Shown here in pieces: positions 20,566 through 30,629 of a DNA stretch of 64,000 nucleotides. The position numbers and the translations under genes were made by a program. This DNA is from Bacillota bacterium (GTDB taxonomy: Bacteria; Bacillota_I; Bacilli_A; RFN20; CAG-826): positions 22,544 through 86,543 of the forward strand of contig JAURFC010000001.1 in the NCBI GenBank assembly GCA_030834445.1, given 5' to 3'. Each line of letters starts with the position of its first letter. Position 1 is the stretch's first letter. Below the pieces are notes generated by a model. It ran no database searches. It saw only the letters and a list, made by a program, of their open reading frames with translations, and was not told the origin of the DNA.

Positions 20566-21104
20566 TGAGAACCTCGTTTCTTAAGATGGCTCTTTAAGCC
20601 TTCTAATTTTCCTAATAGACTGGCGTCATACACTTTGCCATCAATATCGACTCGGAATCCCCCAATTAAGGACGGTTGATGTTTCATTATTAAAGATAAG
20701 GAAACGTGAAGTTGATCGGAAAGTGCTTTTTCAATCGCTTGTTTTTCCGTATCGGTCATGATGGTCGCCGTATACAACGTGCCAGAACGCATGCCTAACG
20801 CGTATTCGGTCAATCGAATCGCTTCTAGCAATATAGCAGGGACATAACGCAGCCGGTGATTACGGAGCAATAAGCGAAAAAAACCTAAGAAGACGGCGTC
20901 TTCCTTTGCAGTAAAAACTGCATCCAGTAATGCCATTTTTTGTGGAACAGTATAAAACGGATTTTTTAATAAACTGAGAAAGTTGGCATCCGTTTGGATG
21001 AGCCCTTCAATATCCATCAAGCGAGAAAGAAAGGATGTCATATCCTTGGATTCTTCCGCGAGTTTATAAAGTGCTAACGCGTAACGGGATGCAATCGATT
21101 CCAT
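20562..21104 (-). CDS. atpH: F0F1 ATP synthase delta subunit
   Basis: 180 aa. Called from position in the operon and OSCP-like sequence. Confidence 0.8.
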   Translation of the reverse strand: MESIASRYALALYKLAEESKDMTSFLSRLMDIEGLIQTDANFLSLLKNPFYTVPQKMALLDAVFTAKEDAVFLGFFRLLLRNHRLRYVPAILLEAIRLTEYALGMRSGTLYTATIMTDTEKQAIEKALSDQLHVSLSLIMKHQPSLIGGFRVDIDGKVYDASLLGKLEGLKSHLKKRGSQ

Positions 21105-21638
21105 TTATTGTCGTAAATCCTTTAAGAAATCTTTCAGTATTTTCTCGTGATCTTTTTGGGTGAGTTCACGGGCTAAAACTTTTTCGGATGCCGCCATGGC
21201 CACATCAATCATTTCAGTTTCTAACGATGCTTGAGCTTGCTTCTTTGCAAGTTCAATTTCCTCAAACGTTTTTTGCTTGAGGGCGAGCGCTTGCGCTTGG
21301 GCTTCTTCGAGTAAACGCGCTTTTTGAGCCTCAATTTCTTGTTGGGCTGCTTGACGAAGTGAGGTTAAATCTTTTTTCGTCTTTTGTTGCAGGGCGGTCA
21401 ATTCATCTAATTTCGCTTGGGCCGCTTGTTCGCGTTCCACCGCGTTATTGACTTGACCTTCCACAAAGGCGGCGCGTTTATCCAAGATGCCTTTCACCGG
21501 TTTGTAGAGGAACTTATAAACGATCACGAGCATGACCAATGTCGAAAGAAGTTGAACCACAAATGGCCAGATGCCATTGGGAATCAACTTATCGGTAATG
21601 CTTTGGGGATCGATGAGTCCTTCGGTAAAAATAAGCAT
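21105..21638 (-). CDS. atpF: F0F1 ATP synthase B subunit
   Basis: Single N-terminal TM helix followed by a long charged coiled coil. Confidence 0.8.
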   Translation of the reverse strand: MLIFTEGLIDPQSITDKLIPNGIWPFVVQLLSTLVMLVIVYKFLYKPVKGILDKRAAFVEGQVNNAVEREQAAQAKLDELTALQQKTKKDLTSLRQAAQQEIEAQKARLLEEAQAQALALKQKTFEEIELAKKQAQASLETEMIDVAMAASEKVLARELTQKDHEKILKDFLKDLRQ

Positions 21639-21644
21639 AAATCC

Positions 21645-21962
<318 letters not shown>

Positions 21963-21976
21963 TTACTTTATCTTTA

Positions 21977-22711
21977 TCATGCCGTAGCATGTTTTTCATC
22001 CTTTTCAGATGATGGTGAAGGCCCTTCTTGAGCGATCAACAACATCGATAAGGAAATGAAAACAAGGGTTTGGATGAATGCACTAAACAAATCAAAGTAT
22101 AAGTGCAACCATGGGGCGACAAGCGGCGCGAGTAAAATCGAATTAAGGCCTTCGGGTAAGAAACTAAAAATGGCGCTCGACATATAGCCTAAAAAACCAT
22201 AGGCTAACGTCATTAAAATCACACCCGCGAGCATATTACCAAAAATACGGAAACTCATGGAGATGAGGGGGGCCCACACCGAGAAAATATTAATCGGTAA
22301 GAAAACCACAAATGGTTCTACAAAGCGTTTAAAGTATTTCCACCCGTTCGTTTTTAACGCGGTGAAGTGAATGAGAACGAAGGCGGATAAAACAATCGTA
22401 AACGTATTCATGTAATAACTAATCGGGGAGGGTAAACCGGTCAACCCGAAAATAAACCCAATAAAGACGTAAAGCATCAAGGATAAAAAGTAAGCTTCAA
22501 GATGCCGGAAATGTTTGCCCATATTTCGGGCCACAAGCGATTGAATCGTGGATACGACCCATTCGGCAATGAGCATTATTCCTTTCGGTTTAGCCAGTGG
22601 ATCGACCGTTTTCGCTTTAAAATAGACGAAGAATGAAAATATGGCGATCAAGGCAATCACCATGATCGAGGTATACGTTTCACCGGGTAAGGACATTAAA
22701 AACTCATTCAT
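21977..22711 (-). CDS. atpB: F0F1 ATP synthase A subunit
   Basis: Conserved Arg motif SMSFRIFGNMLAG, polytopic. Confidence 0.9.
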   Translation of the reverse strand: MNEFLMSLPGETYTSIMVIALIAIFSFFVYFKAKTVDPLAKPKGIMLIAEWVVSTIQSLVARNMGKHFRHLEAYFLSLMLYVFIGFIFGLTGLPSPISYYMNTFTIVLSAFVLIHFTALKTNGWKYFKRFVEPFVVFLPINIFSVWAPLISMSFRIFGNMLAGVILMTLAYGFLGYMSSAIFSFLPEGLNSILLAPLVAPWLHLYFDLFSAFIQTLVFISLSMLLIAQEGPSPSSEKDEKHATA

Positions 22712-23124
22712 GGTTTGGGGTTAGCAATTTTAAATTGCGCTCCTGTTAAAAAGATCACGCCAGAAATCACAAGATACGCTGCAAAGACGGTAAATAAATT
22801 GAAGACCTCTAAATCATTAAGTTTAACAAAGACACTTGCAAGCAGCCCCACCGCCGAGAGGGCTAAACGTAAAAAGGAATAACCTTGGCTTATGTACGGG
22901 GTTTTAATGTTGGCTTCTACACGCATTTGTAGTCGTTTCGCTTGAAACATAATAATTAAATAATTTAAAACACTCAGCGAACCCCCCAAAACCCAACCAT
23001 TCCCGAGGGAATAAGGAAGTTGTAAGAAGGTCGATAACGTAAAAAAGAGAACAAATCCTACGCCATAAAGGAGCAAGCTATAAAGTAAAACTGTCTGTGT
23101 TAACTTTTGACCTTGGTTTGTCAT
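22708..23124 (-). CDS. AtpI-like small membrane protein (first gene of the atp operon)
   Basis: Hydrophobic, about 138 aa. The start is placed at ATG 23124 with an agagga RBS. The track ORF extends to 23172. Confidence 0.5.
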   Translation of the reverse strand: MTNQGQKLTQTVLLYSLLLYGVGFVLFFTLSTFLQLPYSLGNGWVLGGSLSVLNYLIIMFQAKRLQMRVEANIKTPYISQGYSFLRLALSAVGLLASVFVKLNDLEVFNLFTVFAAYLVISGVIFLTGAQFKIANPKP

Positions 23125-23230
23125 TATTAATCCTCTATAAAGATAGCACACCTTTAAAAAGACTTTAATCAATTTGATTATTAGTCATTTACGTTTGATA
23201 GTGATAAACTACCTACAGGAGAACCCCGCT

Positions 23231-24184
23231 ATGCAAAATCACTTTAAACTCTTTGCATTAAGTGGTTCCTTGGCCTTAGGAGAAGCGATTGCTAAACAAC
23301 TCAAGCTCCCATTAAACCAAGTCGAACGCACGAAATTTGCTGATGGAGAATTACTCATTAAACCGTTAGAAACGGTGAGAAACCATCATGTCTACATCGT
23401 CCAAAGTACCTCCAAACCTGCCACAGAAAATTTAATGGAATTACTCATCTTTGTCGATGCCCTTCGTCGGTCATCGGCTAAAGAAATTACGGTTGTCATG
23501 CCGTATTTTGGCTTTGCCCGTCAGGATCGCGTCGCCCGAAGTCGTGAACCGATTACCGCACGTCTTGTCGCGGATTTACTTGTGGCCGCAGGGGTTGACC
23601 ATATCATGACCGTCGATATCCATACGATGCAAATTCAAGGTTTCTTTAAAATTCCCTTTGATAATATTTCCCCTTACAACCTCTTTGCAAAAGAAATTAA
23701 GCAACGCATTCAACCCAGTGATGATTTAGTCATTATCTCCCCTGATCATGGTTCGGTGACGCGTGCCCGCAACTTTGCGGAATTGTTTAAAAACGCGACC
23801 ATTGGGATTGTCGATAAACGTCGTAGTCGACCCAATGTGGCCGAAGCGATGCATCTTATTGGGGATGTCGATCAAAAAGTGGCTGTCCTTATTGACGATA
23901 TTGTCGATACTGGCAATACCATCTTAGGGGCCGTGAATCTCATTCGCCAAGCAGGGGCCAAAAAGGTTTTTATTTGCGCGACCCATGGCGTCTTTTCCAA
24001 AGATGCCTTAGCCCGTATCGAGTCTTCTAATATTGAAGCATTCTTTGTCACCGATACCATTCCTCAACAACCGAGTACAAAATTAATCCCAATTTCTGTG
24101 GCTCCCTTACTTGCCAAAGTTATTGAACATACGCACGAGGGTCAACCACTCTCACCCATATTTGACGAATTCTTAGGACAGTAG
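23231..24184 (+). CDS. prs: ribose-phosphate pyrophosphokinase
   Basis: PRPP-binding motif and the typical N-terminus MQNHFKLFALSGS. AGGAG RBS 9 nt before ATG 23231. The track ORF begins upstream at 23174. Confidence 0.9.
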   Translation: MQNHFKLFALSGSLALGEAIAKQLKLPLNQVERTKFADGELLIKPLETVRNHHVYIVQSTSKPATENLMELLIFVDALRRSSAKEITVVMPYFGFARQDRVARSREPITARLVADLLVAAGVDHIMTVDIHTMQIQGFFKIPFDNISPYNLFAKEIKQRIQPSDDLVIISPDHGSVTRARNFAELFKNATIGIVDKRRSRPNVAEAMHLIGDVDQKVAVLIDDIVDTGNTILGAVNLIRQAGAKKVFICATHGVFSKDALARIESSNIEAFFVTDTIPQQPSTKLIPISVAPLLAKVIEHTHEGQPLSPIFDEFLGQ

Positions 24185-24187
24185 TTC

Positions 24188-25387
24188 ATGAAATGGCTTG
24201 CACGCATCCTTCAGATCATGCTCTATGGATTACGCATGGTCATCCGGATTCCTTTACCCGAGGCTACCGAAGGTCACTTCTTGCAAGAAACGCTTGCACT
24301 CCAACTCAAAAGGCATGGTCTAAAACGTATTCTTTTCGTCACCGATAACAATGTATTAAACCTTCCTCCCGTCCAAGCATATGTTTCAGCGTTAAAAAAA
24401 CATACGATGGACGTCACTCTTTACACCGAGGTCCATCCCAATCCTCATCTTGACGATGTGGAAAAAGCCTACTCAACCTATCGCAAGCATGCCTGCCAAG
24501 CGATTATGGGTCTTGGCGGTGGCAGTGTCATGGATTGTGCCAAAGGGGTTGCAGCCAAAGTGGCACGACCTAAACCCTTACCCCAACTTAAGGGCTTACT
24601 CAAGGTTCGCAAAAAAACACCGCTCATGTGGATGATTCCAACAACCGCCGGGACCGGTTCCGAAGCGACCGTCGCAGCCGTCATCAGTAATCCGCTCACC
24701 AAAGAAAAATATGCGATTTCGGATCCTGTACTCGTCCCACGTTATGCGCTATTAGATACCGCCCTTGTGGAGACCTTACCCCCACACATTACTGCGTTTA
24801 CGGGAATGGATGCGTTAACCCATGCGATGGAAGCGTTTTTAAACCGTTATCACACGTCTTTTTCTCGCCGGGCTGCTTTAGATGCTTTTTCACTGATCTA
24901 TACCCATTTAGCGGCAAGTGTGGCTAACCCACGTGATTTAGATCATCGCCGCGCAATGTTAAAGGCAAGTTATCTTGCAGGTTGTGCCTTCACTCGCGAT
25001 TATGTTGGGTATGTCCATGGTTTAGCCCATCCGTTAGGTGGGTTTTATGATTATCCCCATGGTCTTGCCAATGCGATTTTATTACCGCATGTGTTAACCG
25101 CCTATGGATCTAGCATTTATCCTAAACTTGCATATTTATACCGTCACGTCAAAATGGGTGAAGAAGCAGACCATCAAAAACAAGCGCTTGCTGTGATTGC
25201 GTGGATTCAACACCTGAATTCAACCTTTCAATTTCCTCACGATTTCCATGATGTCATTCAGCCTCATGATATTCCTTTGATGGTCCAACGTTGTCACGAA
25301 GAGGTCATCCCTTTTTATCCTGTCCCACGCTATTTATCTTCAACCACGTTAACGCATCTTTATCAATCACTTGCTCGGAGATTATAA
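24188..25387 (+). CDS. iron-containing (group III) alcohol dehydrogenase family protein
   Basis: GGGSVMD motif and conserved His residues (HAMEAF, HGLAHPLG). The ATG lies 3 nt after the prs stop. Confidence 0.85.
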   Translation: MKWLARILQIMLYGLRMVIRIPLPEATEGHFLQETLALQLKRHGLKRILFVTDNNVLNLPPVQAYVSALKKHTMDVTLYTEVHPNPHLDDVEKAYSTYRKHACQAIMGLGGGSVMDCAKGVAAKVARPKPLPQLKGLLKVRKKTPLMWMIPTTAGTGSEATVAAVISNPLTKEKYAISDPVLVPRYALLDTALVETLPPHITAFTGMDALTHAMEAFLNRYHTSFSRRAALDAFSLIYTHLAASVANPRDLDHRRAMLKASYLAGCAFTRDYVGYVHGLAHPLGGFYDYPHGLANAILLPHVLTAYGSSIYPKLAYLYRHVKMGEEADHQKQALAVIAWIQHLNSTFQFPHDFHDVIQPHDIPLMVQRCHEEVIPFYPVPRYLSSTTLTHLYQSLARRL

Positions 25388-25395
25388 CGGTGGCA

Positions 25396-26547
25396 ATGAG
25401 CAAGGATGCCTATCGTCCGTTAAGCGATAAATTTATATTACGGTTTGGATTTTCACCTTCAAAAGCTTATGCGATTGCAGGAAAATGGATGTGGTTAGGC
25501 GGTGATTTGCCCGATGAAAGTGAGAAAATTTCTTTCACGATCAATCATCATCTCAAAGCCGTTTATCAACCTCATGATCGCCCGGTTATTCGTCTTGTCT
25601 TACCAGGATTTCCCCTTTTAGAATATCCGCTTGGCCATGAACCTCTTTTTAAACCGGAATCGCATCACCCGTTTACGTTGCTTTCCTTAATGGAAACCGA
25701 TGCGAAAACGTATCAATACCGCTTTCAACCAGTGGATGCCTTCCTTGAAACTGATTTTCCACCTTCGTTATCGTGTGGCTACTCAACCGCACTTGTCATC
25801 GTCTTTGCCATGCTATTGATGCCAGATTTTGCCACATTATCCTTCCTAGAAAAACTACAACGCATTCATCGACTTGAAAAAAAATGGATGCCCTTAACGT
25901 TCCATCCTCAGGATGCGCATATCTTACTTCTACCAGGATGGCATCGCTTACACGCTTCAGGGATTCAAACATTACCGAATGCTTGGTTAAAGCCCATTGT
26001 ATTTGATGTATTTGTTCCGCCAACGAAAACATTTTTACCACCCATAAATTGGGATATTCCTGAATTATTGAAACCCTTTTTACATGATCATCCCTTTACG
26101 TCCTTGCACCAGATGGATCGATTATGGATTGATGAAAACCAAGGACAACTCACAGACCGATATGGAGAAAAGTTGGTGCTTGCCTTACGGTATTTTTGGG
26201 ATGAACAACGTCGGATCACCCAAGTTATTTCTGCCTTAGAAAAACAAGAGATTCCATTGATGTTACAAAAACTTCTAGAACGGGAACGCCAACGCAATCG
26301 TTTGCATTATGGGTTGAAAGAACCGATGCGACTTGATACGTTAGAACGAAAACGAAAAATTCTTCAAGAAGCTACACCCCAAATGGTCTGGATGGATCAC
26401 AGTAAAAACAATAAAGATATTTTTGTGGGGGTGGGTGAAAAGAGTCACAATGGAATAACACTTCGTCAGCTTCATCACCGCTTTCCCCCACGAAGTTTTA
26501 TCGATTTTGAATTAACTAGTCAAACCCACAAAATCACAAACTTATGA
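25396..26547 (+). CDS. hypothetical protein (383 aa), likely co-transcribed with the ADH
   Basis: The ATG sits 9 nt after the ADH stop. Long ORF with no recognisable motifs. Followed by a hairpin terminator. Confidence 0.55.
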   Translation: MSKDAYRPLSDKFILRFGFSPSKAYAIAGKWMWLGGDLPDESEKISFTINHHLKAVYQPHDRPVIRLVLPGFPLLEYPLGHEPLFKPESHHPFTLLSLMETDAKTYQYRFQPVDAFLETDFPPSLSCGYSTALVIVFAMLLMPDFATLSFLEKLQRIHRLEKKWMPLTFHPQDAHILLLPGWHRLHASGIQTLPNAWLKPIVFDVFVPPTKTFLPPINWDIPELLKPFLHDHPFTSLHQMDRLWIDENQGQLTDRYGEKLVLALRYFWDEQRRITQVISALEKQEIPLMLQKLLERERQRNRLHYGLKEPMRLDTLERKRKILQEATPQMVWMDHSKNNKDIFVGVGEKSHNGITLRQLHHRFPPRSFIDFELTSQTHKITNL

Positions 26548-26618
26548 AACCACTTACATTTTTAAAGTTAACACGTATTATTCATACTTAAAAAAGTGCG
26601 TTTTTAAAGCAATGTAAT

Positions 26619-26656
26619 CCCTTTCAAGAAATAAAGGAAAATCGTGAAAGGGTTTT
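26619..26656 (+). terminator. putative terminator (8-bp stem, large loop, T-rich tail)
   Basis: ccctttca...tgaaaggg followed by ttttcatggtttt. Confidence 0.4.
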
Positions 26657-26751
26657 CATGGTTTTCATCCGTGTTGTAATTCGCTTTCATTTGCTTTACA
26701 TTATTGTCGGTTTTGATAAGGGTATCAAAACTGAAGAAGGAGGCACACGGT

Positions 26752-26916
26752 ATGAAACAATTGCTCACCACCATGACGGAAAAGCCATTAAACGCAAAGT
26801 ATTATGCGTTTGATCAAGACGAAACGGCCATGACGAACACCAGCGAATCCAATGACTTTATTACGAAGTTATCGACATTCATGGTTTCTGCGCTAAACAT
26901 TCTCACGCATCGTTAA
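26752..26916 (+). CDS. candidate small acidic protein (54 aa) with its own strong RBS and terminator
   Basis: GAAGGAGG lies 7 nt upstream of ATG 26752. The sequence is MKQLLTTMTEKPLNAKYYAFDQDETAMTNTSESNDFITKLSTFMVSALNILTHR, and a terminator follows. Confidence 0.35.
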   Translation: MKQLLTTMTEKPLNAKYYAFDQDETAMTNTSESNDFITKLSTFMVSALNILTHR

Positions 26917-26937
26917 GGATTCAATCTTTATCACGTC

Positions 26938-26968
26938 AAAGACAAGGTTCGCTTTGTCTTTTTTCTTT
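26938..26968 (+). terminator. rho-independent terminator
   Basis: aaagacaa-ggttcgct-ttgtcttt plus a T-run. Confidence 0.6.
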
Positions 26969-26983
26969 CTTTAGCACTCTTTC

Positions 26984-27012
26984 TTGACATCTGCTAAAAG
27001 GTGTTTTACACT
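26984..27012 (+). promoter_or_regulatory. sigma-A type promoter for clpB (TTGACA-N17-TACACT)
   Basis: Perfect -35 at 26984-26989 and -10 TACACT at 27007-27012. Confidence 0.6.
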
Positions 27013-27016
27013 TTGG

Positions 27017-27043
27017 TTAGCACTTAAAGATTATGAGTGCTAA
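27017..27043 (+). promoter_or_regulatory. CIRCE operator (HrcA binding site), with a second degenerate copy at 26971-26997
   Basis: TTAGCACTT-N9-GAGTGCTAA versus the consensus TTAGCACTC-N9-GAGTGCTAA. The upstream copy is TTAGCACTC-N9-atcTGCTAA and overlaps the -35. Confidence 0.75.
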
Positions 27044-27055
27044 ATGGAGGTTCTT

Positions 27056-29167
27056 ATGGAATTACCAATTGATTATAGTAAAGATGAAAAAGTATTAGAA
27101 AAATTCGGTCGCATCATTAATGAAGATGTCAAAAAAGGGAAAATTGATCCTGTCATTGGTCGGGATGAAGAGATTCGTAAAATCATTCAAATCCTTGCAC
27201 GAAAAAATAAAAACAATGTCATTTTATTAGGAGAACCTGGCGTCGGGAAAACTGCGATTATTGAAGGGCTCGCCCAACGCATTCTTCGTAATGATGTTCC
27301 CAATACATTAAAAGATAAACTCATTTATGAACTCGATATGGGGGCACTCATCGCGGGGGCGAAGTTTCGCGGGGAATTTGAAGAACGTTTAAAAGCAATT
27401 TTAAATAAAATCAAACAATCCGAAGGAAAAATCATTTTATTTATTGATGAAATTCACGCGATTGTCGGAGCCGGTCGTGCCGATGGGGCGATGGACGCCT
27501 CCAACATGTTAAAACCGCTCCTTGCACGGGGCGAAATTGATTGTATTGGGGCCACCACGCTCAATGAATATCGTCAATACATTGAAAAAGATCGGGCGTT
27601 AGAACGTCGTTTTCAACCCGTCATGGTGTTTGAACCCACCGTCGAAGATACCATTTCCATCTTACGAGGGATAAAAGCTCGTTATGAATCGCATCACGGG
27701 GTTCGCATTACCGATGAAGCCCTTATTGCCGCAGCGACGTTATCGCATCGTTATTTAACCTCGCGCTTTTTACCGGATAAAGCGATTGATTTGGTGGATG
27801 AAGCATGTGCCTTAACACGTGTTCAAATTGAATCCATGCCTACCGAACTCGATGAGCTTGATCGCAAGATTCGTCAACTTGAGATTGAACGTCTTGCCTT
27901 GAAACAAGAAGACGATACTAATTCAAAAATTCGTTATCAAAAAATCGAAGAAGAATTAACGAGTCTTAAGAAAATTTATGATGAAAAAGTCGACTTATGG
28001 CAACAAGAACGCCACAGTTTAAAAACCGTCAAATCGTATAAAGAACAACTACAAGTCTTAAAAACCCAACTCGAACAGGCATTCAGTCAAGGTCAATATC
28101 AAAAAGCAAGTGAACTCCAATACGGTAAAATTCCTGAACTCGAAAAGAAAATTACGAGTTTAGAAAATAAGACGTCTACCGGTAATATGCTTTCGGAAGT
28201 CGTTCGTGAAGAAGAAATTGCGAAAATTGTTTCCAAATTAACAAAGATTCCTCTGCAAAAAATTGTGCAAGGGGATAAAGAAAAGATTTTAGGCTTGCAA
28301 GACAAAATGCGTCAACGTGTCATTGGTCAAGATGATGCCGTGTCATTAGTCGCCGATGCCATTTTACGTCAACGGGCAGGGATGCAAGATGCAAAACGTC
28401 CAATTGGGAGTTTTTTATTCCTCGGACCAACGGGGGTTGGAAAAACCGAAGTGGCGCGTTCGCTTGCGGATGCCCTCTTTGATAATGAAAATCACATTAT
28501 TCGTATTGATATGTCGGAATACATGGAACGTTTTTCGGTGTCACGCTTGATAGGCTCGCCCCCCGGGTATGTTGGCTTTGAAGAGGGGGGTCAACTCACG
28601 GAAAAAGTTCGCCGTAATCCATATTCCATCGTCCTCTTTGATGAAATCGAAAAAGCCCACCCTGAAGTGTTTAATTTACTTCTGCAAATGATGGATGAAG
28701 GTCGGTTAACCGATAGTCAAGGTCGCCTCATTGACTTTAAAAATACGGTGATTATCATGACCTCTAATTTAGGATCGGAACTGCTTTTAGAAGGAAAAAA
28801 GAACGAGGTGGAAGGAATACTTCAACGTACGTTCAAACCTGAATTTTTAAACCGCATTGATGAAATCATTTACTTTAACCCGCTTGATAAAGATGTACAA
28901 GAAATGATCGTCACTCGGATGCTGAAAGATGTTGAAGATCGGCTTGCGAAGCAGTCCCTGTTCGTTCAATTCGATGAATCCGTCGACCAATGGGTATTAG
29001 ACAGTGCGTTCAACCAAGAATATGGCGCACGCCCGTTAAAACGCTTCATTCAAAAAGAAGTGGAGACGTTCCTTGCCCGGGCGTATGTTCAAGGGCATCT
29101 CGTCGTGGATGTCCCCCAAAAAGTCATCGTGGATCATCAACTACTTTCCTTAAAACCAATTGATTAA
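27056..29167 (+). CDS. clpB: ClpB chaperone lacking the N-terminal domain (Mollicutes-like short form)
   Basis: GGAGG lies 5 nt before ATG 27056. The protein opens directly in the NBD1 region ([34 protein letters not shown]), has two Walker A motifs ([19 protein letters not shown]) and a long M-domain coiled coil. The track ORF starts at 27044. Confidence 0.9.
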   Translation: MELPIDYSKDEKVLEKFGRIINEDVKKGKIDPVIGRDEEIRKIIQILARKNKNNVILLGEPGVGKTAIIEGLAQRILRNDVPNTLKDKLIYELDMGALIAGAKFRGEFEERLKAILNKIKQSEGKIILFIDEIHAIVGAGRADGAMDASNMLKPLLARGEIDCIGATTLNEYRQYIEKDRALERRFQPVMVFEPTVEDTISILRGIKARYESHHGVRITDEALIAAATLSHRYLTSRFLPDKAIDLVDEACALTRVQIESMPTELDELDRKIRQLEIERLALKQEDDTNSKIRYQKIEEELTSLKKIYDEKVDLWQQERHSLKTVKSYKEQLQVLKTQLEQAFSQGQYQKASELQYGKIPELEKKITSLENKTSTGNMLSEVVREEEIAKIVSKLTKIPLQKIVQGDKEKILGLQDKMRQRVIGQDDAVSLVADAILRQRAGMQDAKRPIGSFLFLGPTGVGKTEVARSLADALFDNENHIIRIDMSEYMERFSVSRLIGSPPGYVGFEEGGQLTEKVRRNPYSIVLFDEIEKAHPEVFNLLLQMMDEGRLTDSQGRLIDFKNTVIIMTSNLGSELLLEGKKNEVEGILQRTFKPEFLNRIDEIIYFNPLDKDVQEMIVTRMLKDVEDRLAKQSLFVQFDESVDQWVLDSAFNQEYGARPLKRFIQKEVETFLARAYVQGHLVVDVPQKVIVDHQLLSLKPID

Positions 29168-29174
29168 TCAAACA

Positions 29175-29206
29175 AACTCCCTTTGCCACGACGAAGGGAG
29201 TTTTCT
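29175..29206 (+). terminator. clpB rho-independent terminator
   Basis: aactccctt-tgccacgacg-aagggagtt plus a T-run. Confidence 0.7.
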
Positions 29207-29209
29207 TCA

Positions 29210-29238
29210 TTGACTTATTTGGGAAAATTCTTTAAGAT
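29210..29238 (+). promoter_or_regulatory. promoter for tRNA-Thr (TTGACT-N17-TAAGAT)
   Basis: Sits 10 nt upstream of the mature tRNA 5' end. Confidence 0.5.
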
Positions 29239-29247
29239 TTTAACGTT

Positions 29248-29321
29248 GCCCCCTTAGTTAAGTGGTATAACGAGTCCATGGTAAGGACTTATTGCTAGTT
29301 CGATTCTGGCAGGGGGCACCA
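29248..29321 (+). tRNA. tRNA-Thr (anticodon GGT), CCA encoded
   Basis: Hand-folded. 7-bp acceptor stem GCCCCCT/AGGGGGC, D-arm GTTA-AGTGGTA-TAAC, anticodon stem AGTCC/GGACT with loop ATGGTAA, T-arm GCTAG-TTCGATT-CTGGC, and a 3' ACCA. Confidence 0.85.
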
Positions 29322-29324
29322 TTC

Positions 29325-29355
29325 ACCATCCTTGAAGGATGGTTTTTCTTTTTTT
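29325..29355 (+). terminator. rho-independent terminator after the tRNA
   Basis: accatcc-ttgaa-ggatggt followed by tttttcttttttt. Confidence 0.6.
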
Positions 29356-29398
29356 ATCGATGACGCTTTTATATAATACGATTCAAGAGGTTTTATTT

Positions 29399-30085
29399 AT
29401 GAACGTGAAACTTATTGCCTACAGTCAACCCACCGAAGCATTGGAACTTGAAGGGTTAACCAACGCCCAAGAACTCATTGCCTTTTGTGCCCGTGTTTCC
29501 AATCCCACGAATCAAATGAATACGGCAACCTCCGAAAAACTCATTAAATATTTAGTGAATCATAAACATTGGTCGCCCTTAGAAATGGTGTCGGTGACCT
29601 TAGAAATTGAAACTACCCGTGATATTGCCCGACAAATGCTCCGCCACCGTTCGTTTTCTTTTCAAGAGTTTTCCCAACGCTATGCGGATCCCACGATGCA
29701 TTTAGCGTTCACCACCCGTGAAGCGCGTTTACAAGATGAAACGAATCGGCAAAATAGTGTAACCTTAGCGGATACCCCAGAAACCCTCGCCTTAAAAATA
29801 GCGTGGGAAGAAAAACAAAACGCGATGATTGCCCTTGCTCAATCCACGTATCAATGGGCGATCGATCACGGGATTGCCAAAGAACAAGCGCGCGTTGTCT
29901 TACCGGAAGGATTAACGATGTCTCGCCTTTACATGCAAGGGACCTTACGGAGCTGGGTTCATTACATTGATTTACGCAGTGGTAATGGCACCCAAAAAGA
30001 ACATATGGACGTTGCCGTCGCCTGCGCCAAAGTTATTGCCAACGTGTTTCCTTTAATGGAAACGTTTATCGCGAAGGTTTCTTAA
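29399..30085 (+). CDS. thyX: flavin-dependent thymidylate synthase
   Basis: ThyX signature RHRSFSFQEFSQRY (RHRxxSxxxxSxR). AAGAGG RBS. The start is placed at ATG 29399. The track ORF begins at 29339. Confidence 0.9.
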   Translation: MNVKLIAYSQPTEALELEGLTNAQELIAFCARVSNPTNQMNTATSEKLIKYLVNHKHWSPLEMVSVTLEIETTRDIARQMLRHRSFSFQEFSQRYADPTMHLAFTTREARLQDETNRQNSVTLADTPETLALKIAWEEKQNAMIALAQSTYQWAIDHGIAKEQARVVLPEGLTMSRLYMQGTLRSWVHYIDLRSGNGTQKEHMDVAVACAKVIANVFPLMETFIAKVS

Positions 30086-30629
30086 TTAAAAACCAGCCGT
30101 AGCCGATTAACGGGATCGCATAAAGCCATCCTTTTTGTTTGTGATTAACGTACAGACGATAAAGACTTAGTGCATATAAGGCGAGAAAATCCACACTCAT
30201 AATGCCCACAAAACTATCCGACGTCCATTGGTTAAAGTAAAGAAGAGGATGGCCTTTTGTCATCGTAAAAAAGCTAATTAACGTGAGCATTAAGGCAAGA
30301 CCGATAAGGATTTCCTGCCATTTTTTACGGGTGTAGGCAACCGTCGTATCATTCTCTAAAAAGAACAAGGTGATCCCATAGGCGCCCGTTAAAAAGCCCA
30401 GCCATAAAAAGATGACTTTCCACGTTTTTATTGGCATGGATTGATACGCATCGACCAGAAAATAGAGGGGAAATAACCCCATGATATTAAAGACCCCTAA
30501 GGCAAAGGCATCCGCGGATTGATCAAGAAGTGAAGGAAGTAAGGGGGCATTAAGACCAAACAAAAGACCATACCCTACGGTATAGATCCACAAACTGCTA
30601 TAAACGATGATTAATGCTTTATTTTTCAT
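30066..30629 (-). CDS. hypothetical polytopic membrane protein (187 aa)
   Basis: About 6 TM helices. Overlaps the CrtN-like gene by 11 nt (likely co-transcribed) and thyX convergently by 20 nt. Confidence 0.55.
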   Translation of the reverse strand: MKNKALIIVYSSLWIYTVGYGLLFGLNAPLLPSLLDQSADAFALGVFNIMGLFPLYFLVDAYQSMPIKTWKVIFLWLGFLTGAYGITLFFLENDTTVAYTRKKWQEILIGLALMLTLISFFTMTKGHPLLYFNQWTSDSFVGIMSVDFLALYALSLYRLYVNHKQKGWLYAIPLIGYGWFLIKKPSR

